Of a stretch of DNA of 64,000 nucleotides, positions 10,324 through 19,581 are shown piece after piece; position 1 is the first letter of the stretch, and the number at the start of each line of letters is the position of its first letter. The position numbers and the translations under genes were made by a program. Under the pieces are notes generated by a model that was not told the origin of the DNA, did no database searches, and saw nothing but the letters and a program-made list of their open reading frames with translations. The stretch is from Sedimentisphaerales bacterium (GTDB taxonomy: Bacteria; Planctomycetota; Phycisphaerae; Sedimentisphaerales; SM23-30), in assembly GCA_963663965.2 (NCBI GenBank), contig CAXXFK010000029.1:192001-256000 (forward strand). Direction: 5' to 3'.

Positions 10324-12666
10324 ATGATTCGTATTTTTCTGTTATGTTTTGTTCCTTTTTTTGTCAGCAGTTGTGCCACCTCTCGCGCTGATTTGAATCT
10401 CCCGGCAAGTCTGCCTGACCGGGATGATGAAACCTTATATGTCTGGTATAATCCCGGTGATCCGGAGGGATTGGATCAAGGGGTGATTCCGGGTGATGGG
10501 CAGGCGGTAGGTATGGTGCATAATCTGGCCAATCGAACCGGAAAAATAATGGATCTGGTCAATGGTGATCCAAAGCCAGTCTTTCGTCAGAACGCTATTC
10601 AAGGCTGGCCGGCCCTGGAATTTGATGGTGAGAGCCGGATTTACAGTAGTACAGTTCCCGAAAGCGAACTGATAAGCCCGAAAACGGTATTTATCGTGGC
10701 TCAGATTGATCCTGAAGGTATGGGGCGTTATCTTTATGATGGTACGACGGGTACCCAGCGAAATGCGATGCTGACCGGCCAGAGTACCAATCCCAATCAA
10801 TGGAGTTTTTTCAACGGCACTGCCGCGTTTGACAGTGAGGTTCCGATTGCTACGGGTGTCTGTCAGGTACATACCGTGGTCATTGAAGCAGACCGGATGA
10901 TTCATTTTATTAATGGTAAGGAGGTGGGGCGCCAGGACGGTGTAGTCAATGGCGTCTGGCGGATGCTGATACTGGGCGGACGATATACACAAACCCATCT
11001 CATGATCGGGCAGGTTATGGAATTCCTGGTATATGACCGGAGTCTGGCTGATGACAGACGGGAAGCGGTGGAAGCGTATCTGATGGCTAAATACCTTTCG
11101 CCGGTTAGAATATTGGAACCGGATCTGGAAATGGTAGTTACTGAAGGTGATACTAAAGGTGATACTTATCAAATATCACTGAGTGAATCACCCGATTCAC
11201 CAGTCTGGATTCATGTGTATGCAGATAATAATGAATTGGATCTGGGAGAGGGGCCGGGACAGGCGATAACATTAACCTTTGATGCGGAAAACTGGCAGGC
11301 TCCCCAGACGATCACACTATTAGCAGTAGATGATAATCTGAGTGAAGGCCCTCATGCCGGTGTGATCAGACATGAGGTCAGCAGTGAGGATTCCGCATTT
11401 GAGGGTGTCTATGTTCCGGCAGTCCATGTAAGCATAATAGATAATGAGCGTTATTGCGGAGATTCAAAAACAATATACCTGGATGGCGATTTGAACCGGG
11501 ACTGCCGGATAGACTTGAGTGATTTTTCCGTTTTGGTACTGGACTGGCTAAAATGTACCGATCCGGGCAAGGCGGCCTGTTATCCTTATTTGCCGACAGA
11601 ACCCTTGTATCAGGTGAATGTGTTCGAATCTGGCCAGGATGGGATCAATACGTACCGAATTCCGGCATTGATTACCGCGCCGGATGGTTCGGTACTGGCA
11701 TTTTGTGAGGCTCGCAAGGTCAGTTCTCGTGACAAGAGCCCGACGTTGATGGCGCTGAAACGCAGTACCGATCGGGGTGAAACCTGGGGGCCGATACAAA
11801 TCTTGCGGGATGTCGGTCAGGATGCGGCTATGGATCCAACGCCCGTGGTGGATGAGATTACCGGAAGAGTCTGGTTGTTTTATGAGGTCTGGCCGCAGGG
11901 ATGGGATAACAATCCAGTGGCAGGTCTCAGCTATCCATCCACAACCATATGGGCTCAATACAGTGATGATAATGGAATCAACTGGTCATCGCCAAGAGAT
12001 ATTACGGCACAGGTTAAACTGGCGGACTGGGATTATTATGCCCATGGTCCGGGTGTGGGGATCCAACTGGCAAGTGGGCCGTATGCCGGACGGTTGGTTA
12101 TTCCATGTCATCATCGCGGGGGAACGGTGGGACGGCAACATTTTTATTACAGTGATGATCATGGGGTTACCTGGCAGTTACAAACAGGTGAACTTGATGT
12201 GGCCAGTGAAAGTCAGATGGTTGAATTGGTTGTTGGAAGCTTACTATGGAATATGCGGGGAGGAGGCACATCCGGTCGGTTAATCAGCACCAGTGATGAC
12301 TGGGGTGGCACCTGGTCATCTGTGAGTTACGATCCAGAGTTAATCGAGCCCGGTGGTTGTCAGGCCAGCATATTGCGTTTATCACGAACAGATCTGGGGG
12401 ATGATCAAAACCGTATATTATTTTCTAATCCCGCTTCCGGTACTTCCAGGGTGAATATGACAGTACGGATGAGCTATGATGAATGTCAAAGCTGGCCGGT
12501 ATCCCGTCAGATCTATGCCGGATCATCTGCTTATTCATGCTTAACAGTATTATCGGATGGTCAGATTGGATTGCTCTATGAAGCCGACAACTACAGTAAA
12601 ATAGTATTTGCCCGATTCAGTGTGAAGTGGTTAAGCGAAGGGAAAGATCCCTGGATACGGCATTAA
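10324..12666 (+). CDS. Multidomain exo-alpha-sialidase (GH33) with N-terminal LamG-like and Calx-beta/cadherin-like domains and an internal dockerin-like motif
   Basis: Lipobox-like VSSC; GDLNRDCRIDLSDF; YRIP motif; Asp-boxes STDRGETW, SDDNGINW, SDDHGVTW, SDDWGGTW; AYS...LLYE. Confidence 0.9.
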   Translation: MIRIFLLCFVPFFVSSCATSRADLNLPASLPDRDDETLYVWYNPGDPEGLDQGVIPGDGQAVGMVHNLANRTGKIMDLVNGDPKPVFRQNAIQGWPALEFDGESRIYSSTVPESELISPKTVFIVAQIDPEGMGRYLYDGTTGTQRNAMLTGQSTNPNQWSFFNGTAAFDSEVPIATGVCQVHTVVIEADRMIHFINGKEVGRQDGVVNGVWRMLILGGRYTQTHLMIGQVMEFLVYDRSLADDRREAVEAYLMAKYLSPVRILEPDLEMVVTEGDTKGDTYQISLSESPDSPVWIHVYADNNELDLGEGPGQAITLTFDAENWQAPQTITLLAVDDNLSEGPHAGVIRHEVSSEDSAFEGVYVPAVHVSIIDNERYCGDSKTIYLDGDLNRDCRIDLSDFSVLVLDWLKCTDPGKAACYPYLPTEPLYQVNVFESGQDGINTYRIPALITAPDGSVLAFCEARKVSSRDKSPTLMALKRSTDRGETWGPIQILRDVGQDAAMDPTPVVDEITGRVWLFYEVWPQGWDNNPVAGLSYPSTTIWAQYSDDNGINWSSPRDITAQVKLADWDYYAHGPGVGIQLASGPYAGRLVIPCHHRGGTVGRQHFYYSDDHGVTWQLQTGELDVASESQMVELVVGSLLWNMRGGGTSGRLISTSDDWGGTWSSVSYDPELIEPGGCQASILRLSRTDLGDDQNRILFSNPASGTSRVNMTVRMSYDECQSWPVSRQIYAGSSAYSCLTVLSDGQIGLLYEADNYSKIVFARFSVKWLSEGKDPWIRH

Positions 12667-12716
12667 AAAAGGTGTTTCCCGATAACCGGGAGTAACATGT
12701 CATACAGGAGTTAACT

Positions 12717-13529
12717 ATGCGTAATCGTAAAGGTTTTACTTTAATCGAATTATTAGTCGTCGTATCAATCATTGCGCTATTGGTAGCGATATTATTACCC
12801 GCGTTAGGCAAAGCAAGGCTACAGGCGAAACTGGTGGTCTGTGCGAATAATCAGCGGCAATGTGCATTGGGGGTGACCAATTATGCCGCGGATAATGATG
12901 ACAAATTGCCCTATCATCCTACCCATTGCCGAACCAGCAGTGGGGAGAGATATAGTTTCCCGGATTATATCAATTATTATGTAGGTCAGCGTGACTACTT
13001 TGGCGGAAATGGGTCTATGTATTACTTTCTGGGTAAATATCTGCCGGATATCAATGTTTATATGTGTCCGGCCGGGGCCGTGTCCACGGCTCGATATCAG
13101 GATTTATATCAATATCCACAGGATGGCGAACATACCAATGGCTCTTATTGTTATTATTGGGATTACAAAATTGTCAATAGTAATGTGACCTATTTTGAGG
13201 GTCCCACCACAATCGCCCGTAAACGCAATGAAAGTAAGTTATTAATGGGTGATTTGTTTGCATTCTGGGCTCCAAACTCTACTTATACGATGTGGTGGCT
13301 GGCTCATAAAACATCCGGTGCGACGGCGGCCGACCTGGTTGATCCGGTATATAGCAATAATACCGATATGCTGTGGTGGGTACGAGAGGCTAAGTACAGT
13401 GAACCTCCGCGAGGAACGGGATTTAACTCGGTGTATGTCGATTGTCACGTTGAACGATATGATTGTGGTGAGTATTTGCCGTCTTATAATGGCAGTTGGT
13501 ATTTCCTGCCTCCTGACTGGAATTATTAA
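12717..13529 (+). CDS. Prepilin-type N-terminal cleavage/methylation domain protein (DUF1559-like, planctomycete type)
   Basis: KGFTLIELLVVVSIIALLVAILLPALGKAR...C..N.RQ; C-terminal GFNSVYVDCHV resembles the H-X9-DG motif. Confidence 0.9.
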   Translation: MRNRKGFTLIELLVVVSIIALLVAILLPALGKARLQAKLVVCANNQRQCALGVTNYAADNDDKLPYHPTHCRTSSGERYSFPDYINYYVGQRDYFGGNGSMYYFLGKYLPDINVYMCPAGAVSTARYQDLYQYPQDGEHTNGSYCYYWDYKIVNSNVTYFEGPTTIARKRNESKLLMGDLFAFWAPNSTYTMWWLAHKTSGATAADLVDPVYSNNTDMLWWVREAKYSEPPRGTGFNSVYVDCHVERYDCGEYLPSYNGSWYFLPPDWNY

Positions 13530-13640
13530 TTGGAAGCAGGATTTATGAATATTTATAAAAGATACTGGACATCATAAGTTTTTAAGATCAAGATACCGGA
13601 TTGTGATGATTTTAGATACCTACTGAGACAAGGAAGACTT

Positions 13641-14579
13641 ATGAAAAAAATAACAGGAATTATAGCCGCAACATTTACGCCGATGCGAGAGAATGGCGGA
13701 ATTGATCTGGAGCCAATTGGTCCGATTACCGATTTTCTGGTACGAAATAAGATTGAAGGGCTATATGTATGCGGAAGCACAGGGGAAGGGCCATTAATGA
13801 CCGGTTCGGAACGGATGCTGGTTGCGGAGAAGTTTATAGAAGCTGCGCACGGACGAATTCCTGTGGTGGTATCAGTTGGTCATGACAGTGTCCAGGAGGC
13901 GACAGAGTTGGCCGCCCATGCGGTACGGAATGGGGCCGATGCGGTTGCGGCAGTTGCGCCGGCATACTTCAAATGCAGTTCAATTGATAATTTAATTGAT
14001 TGTATGGTTCGGATCGCTGATGCAGCAGTCGATGCCCCATTTTACTATTATCATGTTCCCAGTTTGACTGGTTTTGATCTGGATATTGTGGATTTTCTGG
14101 AACGGGCGGCTGTTCGTATACCTAATCTAGCCGGGATTAAATATTGTGCGTTAAAATTGCATGAGTTTCAATCTTGCGTTGATTTTGAAGATGGGCGATA
14201 TTCCATGTTATTTGGTGTGGATGAGATGTTTACCAGCGGGTTGATAGCCGGCGCCTGGGGGGCAGTAGGCAGTACCTTTAATTTTGCGCCTGGACTATAT
14301 CGTAGAATACGTTCCGCTTTCCAATCGGGGGATATTGCTTTAGCCCGGCAATTACAAAGCCTCTCAATTAAACTGATTCGGATTGGATATCGTTATCATG
14401 GTCAGCCCGCCTTTAAGTCGATCATGCGACTACATGGATATGATTGCGGGCCTAATCGATTACCGCATCGGAATTTATCGCTTGAACAGTTTGAAGCACT
14501 GAAGTTGGATCTGGAAGCAATTGGCTTTTTTGACTGGGCCCTGGAGCAACCCGCCTGTTCAGAACAGGTTCGGAACTGA
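13641..14579 (+). CDS. nanA: N-acetylneuraminate lyase (DHDPS family)
   Basis: GLYVCGSTGEG, YYYHVP, GIKY Schiff-base Lys, FGVDE, GAVGSTFN; sialidase gene context. Confidence 0.88.
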   Translation: MKKITGIIAATFTPMRENGGIDLEPIGPITDFLVRNKIEGLYVCGSTGEGPLMTGSERMLVAEKFIEAAHGRIPVVVSVGHDSVQEATELAAHAVRNGADAVAAVAPAYFKCSSIDNLIDCMVRIADAAVDAPFYYYHVPSLTGFDLDIVDFLERAAVRIPNLAGIKYCALKLHEFQSCVDFEDGRYSMLFGVDEMFTSGLIAGAWGAVGSTFNFAPGLYRRIRSAFQSGDIALARQLQSLSIKLIRIGYRYHGQPAFKSIMRLHGYDCGPNRLPHRNLSLEQFEALKLDLEAIGFFDWALEQPACSEQVRN

Positions 14580-14647
14580 CTATAAACAACCGGCTTTAAT
14601 TAGTTCATTCCATTGTCGGTTATTTTGATTCGTATATCAAATCCGAA

Positions 14648-16204
14648 TTGAGCGAATACATGTACCGATTTATTTTAATATTTTATCTGTACGGCCTGAT
14701 CCTGGTAACGAACCCCTTTAACGAAGCAGGAAACCGATTGATGGCGGATTTGACCATGCCAATTGTGTTTGGGAATGATATGGTATTCCAACAAGGCATA
14801 TCCCTTCCGGTGTGGGGGTTGACCCGTCCGGGTGAAAAAATCCATGTATCGTTTCGGAATGAATCGTATCGGACCCAGGCCGATCCCAATGGTTTTTGGC
14901 GAGTCACAATGGCGGCTGTTACGGCCGGTGGTCCGGATGATTTAATTATCGAAACCGGGCATGAACAAAAGACATTCAATAATGTCCTGGTTGGTGAGGT
15001 TTGGTTGTGTGCCGGGCAGTCGAATATGTGGTGGCCGCTGGATAATTCTCGATTGGGGCATCAAGCGGTTGAAAGGGCCGATAGTCCAACAATAAGATTA
15101 TTAAATTTACAGTCAATCGCTCATACGAACGCCGGGGCTTATCCAGCCGGGTGGCGGGGCGAATTAACTCCTGAACAGTTTTTTCGGGGACAATGGCAAA
15201 TCTGTAGTCCGGAATCCGCCAGATCCTTTTCAGCGGTGGGTTATTATTTTGGCAAAGAGTTGTCAGAAAAACTGGGCGTGCCTGTTGGGTTGATCCATAA
15301 TGCGGTTGGCGGGGTTCCGACCGAGTCGTATGTGAATCGTGCGGCTATGGAAAGCGATCCAGAGCTTGCTGTCCTGCTGGCAGGAGACTGGCTGGATAAT
15401 CCACGAATTCATCCCTGGTGCCGCAAGCGTGCCAGAGAGAATCTTGCAGCATGGCTAAATTTGCCAGTTGATGAACGGCCCGACCATCCATTTAAACCCT
15501 CGTTCCTGTTTGATAGCGGGATGGCTCCGTTGATTCCCTTTGGTATTCGTGGTGTGATCTGGTACCAGGGTGAATCGAACGTTGCCACTCCGGAAGATCC
15601 ATTTCCATTTGATCCACTCTGGTACCGGCGATTATTTGCGACAATGATTACAGACTGGCGTGAGCGCTGGGGTCAGGGTGATTTTCCGTTTTATTATGTT
15701 CAATTGCCCAATATGGGGCGGGATTGGATGGCATTTCGCGATTTGCAGCGTCAGTGTCTGGATATCCCCAATACCGGAATGGCCGTGACAATTGATTTGG
15801 GAGAGAGGAACAACGTGCATCCCGCCAACAAACAGGAGGTTGGACACCGGTTGGCATTATGGGCGCTTGCTGAAACCTATGGCAAGGATATTGTCTATTC
15901 CGGTCCGTTACCCCGAGAGGCCAGGATTAATCCGCCGGGTGTACAGGTGGTGTTCGATTATTGCGGAAGCGGATTGAGGACTAAAGAGGGCGGTTCTATA
16001 GAGGGATTTGAATTGGCGGGTGATGACCGGCGTTTTTATTCATCTGACGCTGAAATTTCAAGTAATGGTGTCCGGATTCTGTGTAACCAGGTCAGTGACC
16101 CGCATTTTGTACGATATGGCTGGGCTCCCAATCCCCGCTGCAATCTGGTCAACAGCGCCGGTTTACCGGCTTCGCCGTTCCAACTCGAGGTTCAACCTGA
16201 ATAA
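14648..16204 (+). CDS. Sialate O-acetylesterase (SASA domain); true start may be ATG 14660
   Basis: GEVWLCAGQSNM, FSAVGYYFG, WYQGESN, NVHP. Confidence 0.92.
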   Translation: MSEYMYRFILIFYLYGLILVTNPFNEAGNRLMADLTMPIVFGNDMVFQQGISLPVWGLTRPGEKIHVSFRNESYRTQADPNGFWRVTMAAVTAGGPDDLIIETGHEQKTFNNVLVGEVWLCAGQSNMWWPLDNSRLGHQAVERADSPTIRLLNLQSIAHTNAGAYPAGWRGELTPEQFFRGQWQICSPESARSFSAVGYYFGKELSEKLGVPVGLIHNAVGGVPTESYVNRAAMESDPELAVLLAGDWLDNPRIHPWCRKRARENLAAWLNLPVDERPDHPFKPSFLFDSGMAPLIPFGIRGVIWYQGESNVATPEDPFPFDPLWYRRLFATMITDWRERWGQGDFPFYYVQLPNMGRDWMAFRDLQRQCLDIPNTGMAVTIDLGERNNVHPANKQEVGHRLALWALAETYGKDIVYSGPLPREARINPPGVQVVFDYCGSGLRTKEGGSIEGFELAGDDRRFYSSDAEISSNGVRILCNQVSDPHFVRYGWAPNPRCNLVNSAGLPASPFQLEVQPE

Positions 16205-16214
16205 AAGGATTGAT

Positions 16215-18251
16215 ATGAAACATTCACTTTCATTATGGATGATACTTTTAATGGTGGTTTCCAGCGTAATGGCACTGCCCGTTGAAACGACTTTCAAAGA
16301 ATTTCATCCCGGCGTCTTTGAAGAAATAAAAAGTGCGAGCGGAGTCTGGAACGTTTTATCAGGTCAGGCGGAAATCAGCGCGGCATACTCCCATAGTGAA
16401 ACTCATTGTTTGCATTTAATGGGAGGGGCGGAAACCCGGGTATTGTTTAAGCCGGCCACGAGAGAAGGAACGCGTATGACCTTTTATGCGGAGCGCTGGA
16501 CGTCCAGAACCCCTTTTCAATTCAAAGTGGAGGGCTGGCAGGACGGCCGCTGGGTAACGCTTTATGAGGGCAGTGAAAGCATCCGGGTTGGCGCCCGGTT
16601 TTTGAGCCGGGTAGATATTGAATTACCGCAACCACCACCGGAAAAATACCTTTTTATTTGCAGCGCTCCGGATAATACTGGACTATTGATCGATGACTTA
16701 ACCATTAAAACGCCGGTTGATATGCATCTTGAATCGGTTTTGGCCTACCAGTGGCGGGTACCGGCACTGATTAACAAGCCGGCCAATCCGGTTTTACAGA
16801 TCCTGGTGAAAACGACGGGAGAACTTCAGCCGATCAAACTGAGATCGATCGCGGTCGACACCCTGGGCACAACGCAGCTCGGTGATCTGGAATCGGTTCG
16901 ATTATTTGGCACGGGCGCCTCGGAGAATTTTAATGACCAGCAACCGGTTGGGATAGAGCAGGACCCCGCCGATACGATTATCTTTACATTGGATGATCCG
17001 GTACTAATGGATGGTAAAAATTATTTCTGGGTATCCTATCAATTGAAAACAGCAGCCGACTTGATGCATCGGGTCCAGGCTGGTTGTCAAAAGGTGGTCT
17101 TTGACAATGGCACAGTGGTTAAGCCAACCCGTACCAACGTGCCGGCTCCCCTGCGGATTGGGTATGCCTTGCGTCAGGCCGGTCAGGATGGCTGCCATAC
17201 GTATCGTATTCCGGGGCTGGCGACGACGAATCAAGGGACTTTGATCGCTGTTTATGATATCCGGTGGGAAAGCAGCGGCGATTTACCGGGGAATATCGAT
17301 ATCGGGATGAGCCGTTCGGTCGATGGCGGACAGAGTTGGGAGCCAATGCGTACGATCATGGATATGGGGGATAGTAAAGCGTTTCGGGGTGACGGGATAG
17401 GAGATCCGGCGGTGCTGGTGGACCGGGCAACGGGAACGGTCTGGGTTGCGGCGGTCTGGAGCCATGGCAACCGGGGCTGGCATGGTTCGGGGCCTGGGAT
17501 GACTCCGGATGAGACCGGCCAGTTGATGCTGGTTCGCAGTGACGATGATGGATTAAGCTGGTCGGAACCAATTAATATCACACAACAAGTCAAAAAGCCG
17601 GAATGGTGTTTTCTGTTGCAGGGGCCGGGTAATGGGATTACCATGAGGGGTGGTACCCTGGTCTTTGCGGCGCAGTATCAGGATCAGCCGGAAAACGGGC
17701 GGTTACCACATGCCACCATCCTGTATAGTCGCGATCATGGCAACAGCTGGCATTTGGGTACGGGTGTGATCAGTGATACTACGGAAGCGCAGGTGGTCGA
17801 ACTGGATGATGGGGCGCTGATGTTGAATATGCGAGATAATCGAAATGGCAAGGATAAAGGCGCTAATAACGGACGGTCAGTCTATATTACCAGGGACATG
17901 GGACAGACCTGGACAGAACATTTTTCCAGCCGGGGTGCGTTGCCGGAACCGGTCTGTATGGCCAGCCTGGTTAGGTTCTGTTCGAAAAAAGATGGGTTTA
18001 AAGAAAGTGTTCTGCTTTTTTCCAATCCTGACTCAAAATACGCGCGTGACCATATGACCATTAAGGCCAGTCTGGATGAAGGAATCAGCTGGCCCTATCA
18101 ATTGCTTTTATATGAAAGGCCGGGATTTGGATATTCCTGCATGACGGTAGTGGATGAGGATCATGTTGGAATACTCTATGAGGGGATCCGTGAACTCTAT
18201 TACGAGAAGATCTCAATCCAAGAAATATTAGGTGATGTAATCCTGAAATAG
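16215..18251 (+). CDS. nanH: Exo-alpha-sialidase (GH33, Bacteroides NanH-like) with N-terminal accessory domains
   Basis: AAGGA RBS then ATG 16215 and a signal peptide; YRIPGL; Asp-boxes SVDGGQSW, SDDDGLSW, SRDHGNSW, TRDMGQTW, SLDEGISW; GYSC..ILYEG. Confidence 0.92.
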   Translation: MKHSLSLWMILLMVVSSVMALPVETTFKEFHPGVFEEIKSASGVWNVLSGQAEISAAYSHSETHCLHLMGGAETRVLFKPATREGTRMTFYAERWTSRTPFQFKVEGWQDGRWVTLYEGSESIRVGARFLSRVDIELPQPPPEKYLFICSAPDNTGLLIDDLTIKTPVDMHLESVLAYQWRVPALINKPANPVLQILVKTTGELQPIKLRSIAVDTLGTTQLGDLESVRLFGTGASENFNDQQPVGIEQDPADTIIFTLDDPVLMDGKNYFWVSYQLKTAADLMHRVQAGCQKVVFDNGTVVKPTRTNVPAPLRIGYALRQAGQDGCHTYRIPGLATTNQGTLIAVYDIRWESSGDLPGNIDIGMSRSVDGGQSWEPMRTIMDMGDSKAFRGDGIGDPAVLVDRATGTVWVAAVWSHGNRGWHGSGPGMTPDETGQLMLVRSDDDGLSWSEPINITQQVKKPEWCFLLQGPGNGITMRGGTLVFAAQYQDQPENGRLPHATILYSRDHGNSWHLGTGVISDTTEAQVVELDDGALMLNMRDNRNGKDKGANNGRSVYITRDMGQTWTEHFSSRGALPEPVCMASLVRFCSKKDGFKESVLLFSNPDSKYARDHMTIKASLDEGISWPYQLLLYERPGFGYSCMTVVDEDHVGILYEGIRELYYEKISIQEILGDVILK

Positions 18252-18256
18252 GCATT

Positions 18257-18360
18257 GATACCCATCGGGTATGGAACTGTTCAATCGCTCGCAAGCTAAG
18301 TTTTTAATGGTAAAGACTTATTTCACGGCCAAGCGGGCATTATCAATCGTTAATGGTATA
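18257..18360. repeat. ERIC-like ~104-bp intergenic palindromic repeat, copy 2
   Basis: GATACCCATCGGGTATG...ATCGCTCGCAAGCTAAGTTTTTA..TAAAGACTTATTTCACGGCCAAGCGGGCATTATCAATCGT..GGTATA. Confidence 0.85.
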
Positions 18361-18381
18361 AATCAGCAGGAGTGCTTGTGT

Positions 18382-19581
18382 ATGGCGAATGATTTAGTCC
18401 AATCGTTGGTAGAGCGTTACCGGGATGCTTTATTGGAGGATGTGGTTCCTTTCTGGATGGCGCATTCGATTGACCGGGAGTATGGGGGGTATTTTACCTG
18501 TCTGGAACGGGATGGTACTGTTTATGATACGGATAAGTTTATCTGGTTGCAGGCCCGCCAGGTCTGGACCTTTGCCATGCTGTATCATCGTGTGGAGCAA
18601 CGGGAAGACTGGCGGCAGATCGCCGGGCATGGCTATCAGTTTCTGAGTCGATCTGGTTTTGATGCAAACGGGGACTGGTATTTTTCGCTGGATCGGCAGG
18701 GTCATCCGCTGGTGCAACCCTATAATATATTCAGTGATTGTTTCGGGGCGATGGCTTGCAGTATGTATGCTGAGATTGCTGGAGATGATCAGGCGCGTTC
18801 GCTGGCGCTGGCCACTTATCACAATATAATGCGACGGCAGGATAATCCCAAGGGGGGTTATAACAAGCAGGTTCCCGGAACGCGGCCGCTGAAAACGATG
18901 GCACTGCCGATGATCCTGGCCAATCTGTCGCTGGAGATGGAATGGATGCTGGAAGGCGCCTTGCTGGAAGAGGCGCTGGATCGATGTGTGACTGAGGTGA
19001 TGACTTTATTTCTGGACCGGACACGACTTTTGATGTATGAATCGGTGGCTCCGGATGGATCGCATGTGGATTGTCATGAAGGGCGTTTGTTGAATCCGGG
19101 GCATGGTATTGAAGCCATGTGGTTTATGATGGATATCGCCGAGCGGCGCGGGGATCGGGCTTTAATCGATTTGGCGGTCGCAGTTGTTATCAGTACCCTG
19201 AACTATGCCTGGGACAGGCAATATGGCGGAATTTTTTATTTTATGGATGCGGAAAACAAGCCGCTCCAGCAACTGGAGTGGGATCAGAAACTGTGGTGGG
19301 TTCATCTTGAGGCCATGGTTGCTCTGGCAAAAGGGTATCGACTGACAGGCAATCCAGAATGTTGGCAATGGTTTCAGAAGGTGCAAAGCTATAGCTGGGA
19401 CAGGTTCGCGGATCCACAATATGGAGAGTGGTTTGGATATCTGAACCGTCAGGGCAAGCCTTTATTAACGCTTAAAGGAGGGAAATGGAAGGGGTGTTTT
19501 CATGTCCCCAGGGCGTTATATCTTTGTTGGCGTGAACTGGAAAAGATAGCCGCTTCAAGTGATTTGACGGAGATTCAATGA
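18382..19581 (+). CDS. N-acylglucosamine 2-epimerase (AGE/renin-binding family)
   Basis: AGGAG RBS before ATG 18382; [40 protein letters not shown]. Confidence 0.93.
   Translation: MANDLVQSLVERYRDALLEDVVPFWMAHSIDREYGGYFTCLERDGTVYDTDKFIWLQARQVWTFAMLYHRVEQREDWRQIAGHGYQFLSRSGFDANGDWYFSLDRQGHPLVQPYNIFSDCFGAMACSMYAEIAGDDQARSLALATYHNIMRRQDNPKGGYNKQVPGTRPLKTMALPMILANLSLEMEWMLEGALLEEALDRCVTEVMTLFLDRTRLLMYESVAPDGSHVDCHEGRLLNPGHGIEAMWFMMDIAERRGDRALIDLAVAVVISTLNYAWDRQYGGIFYFMDAENKPLQQLEWDQKLWWVHLEAMVALAKGYRLTGNPECWQWFQKVQSYSWDRFADPQYGEWFGYLNRQGKPLLTLKGGKWKGCFHVPRALYLCWRELEKIAASSDLTEIQ

Noticed and set aside
16008..16214. ORF-track N-terminal extension of sialidase 2
   Set aside because: It overlaps the esterase gene; the RBS and signal peptide point to ATG 16215.
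18271..18381. ORF-track N-terminal extension of the AGE epimerase
   Set aside because: It is translated from repeat copy 2; the AGGAG RBS supports ATG 18382.
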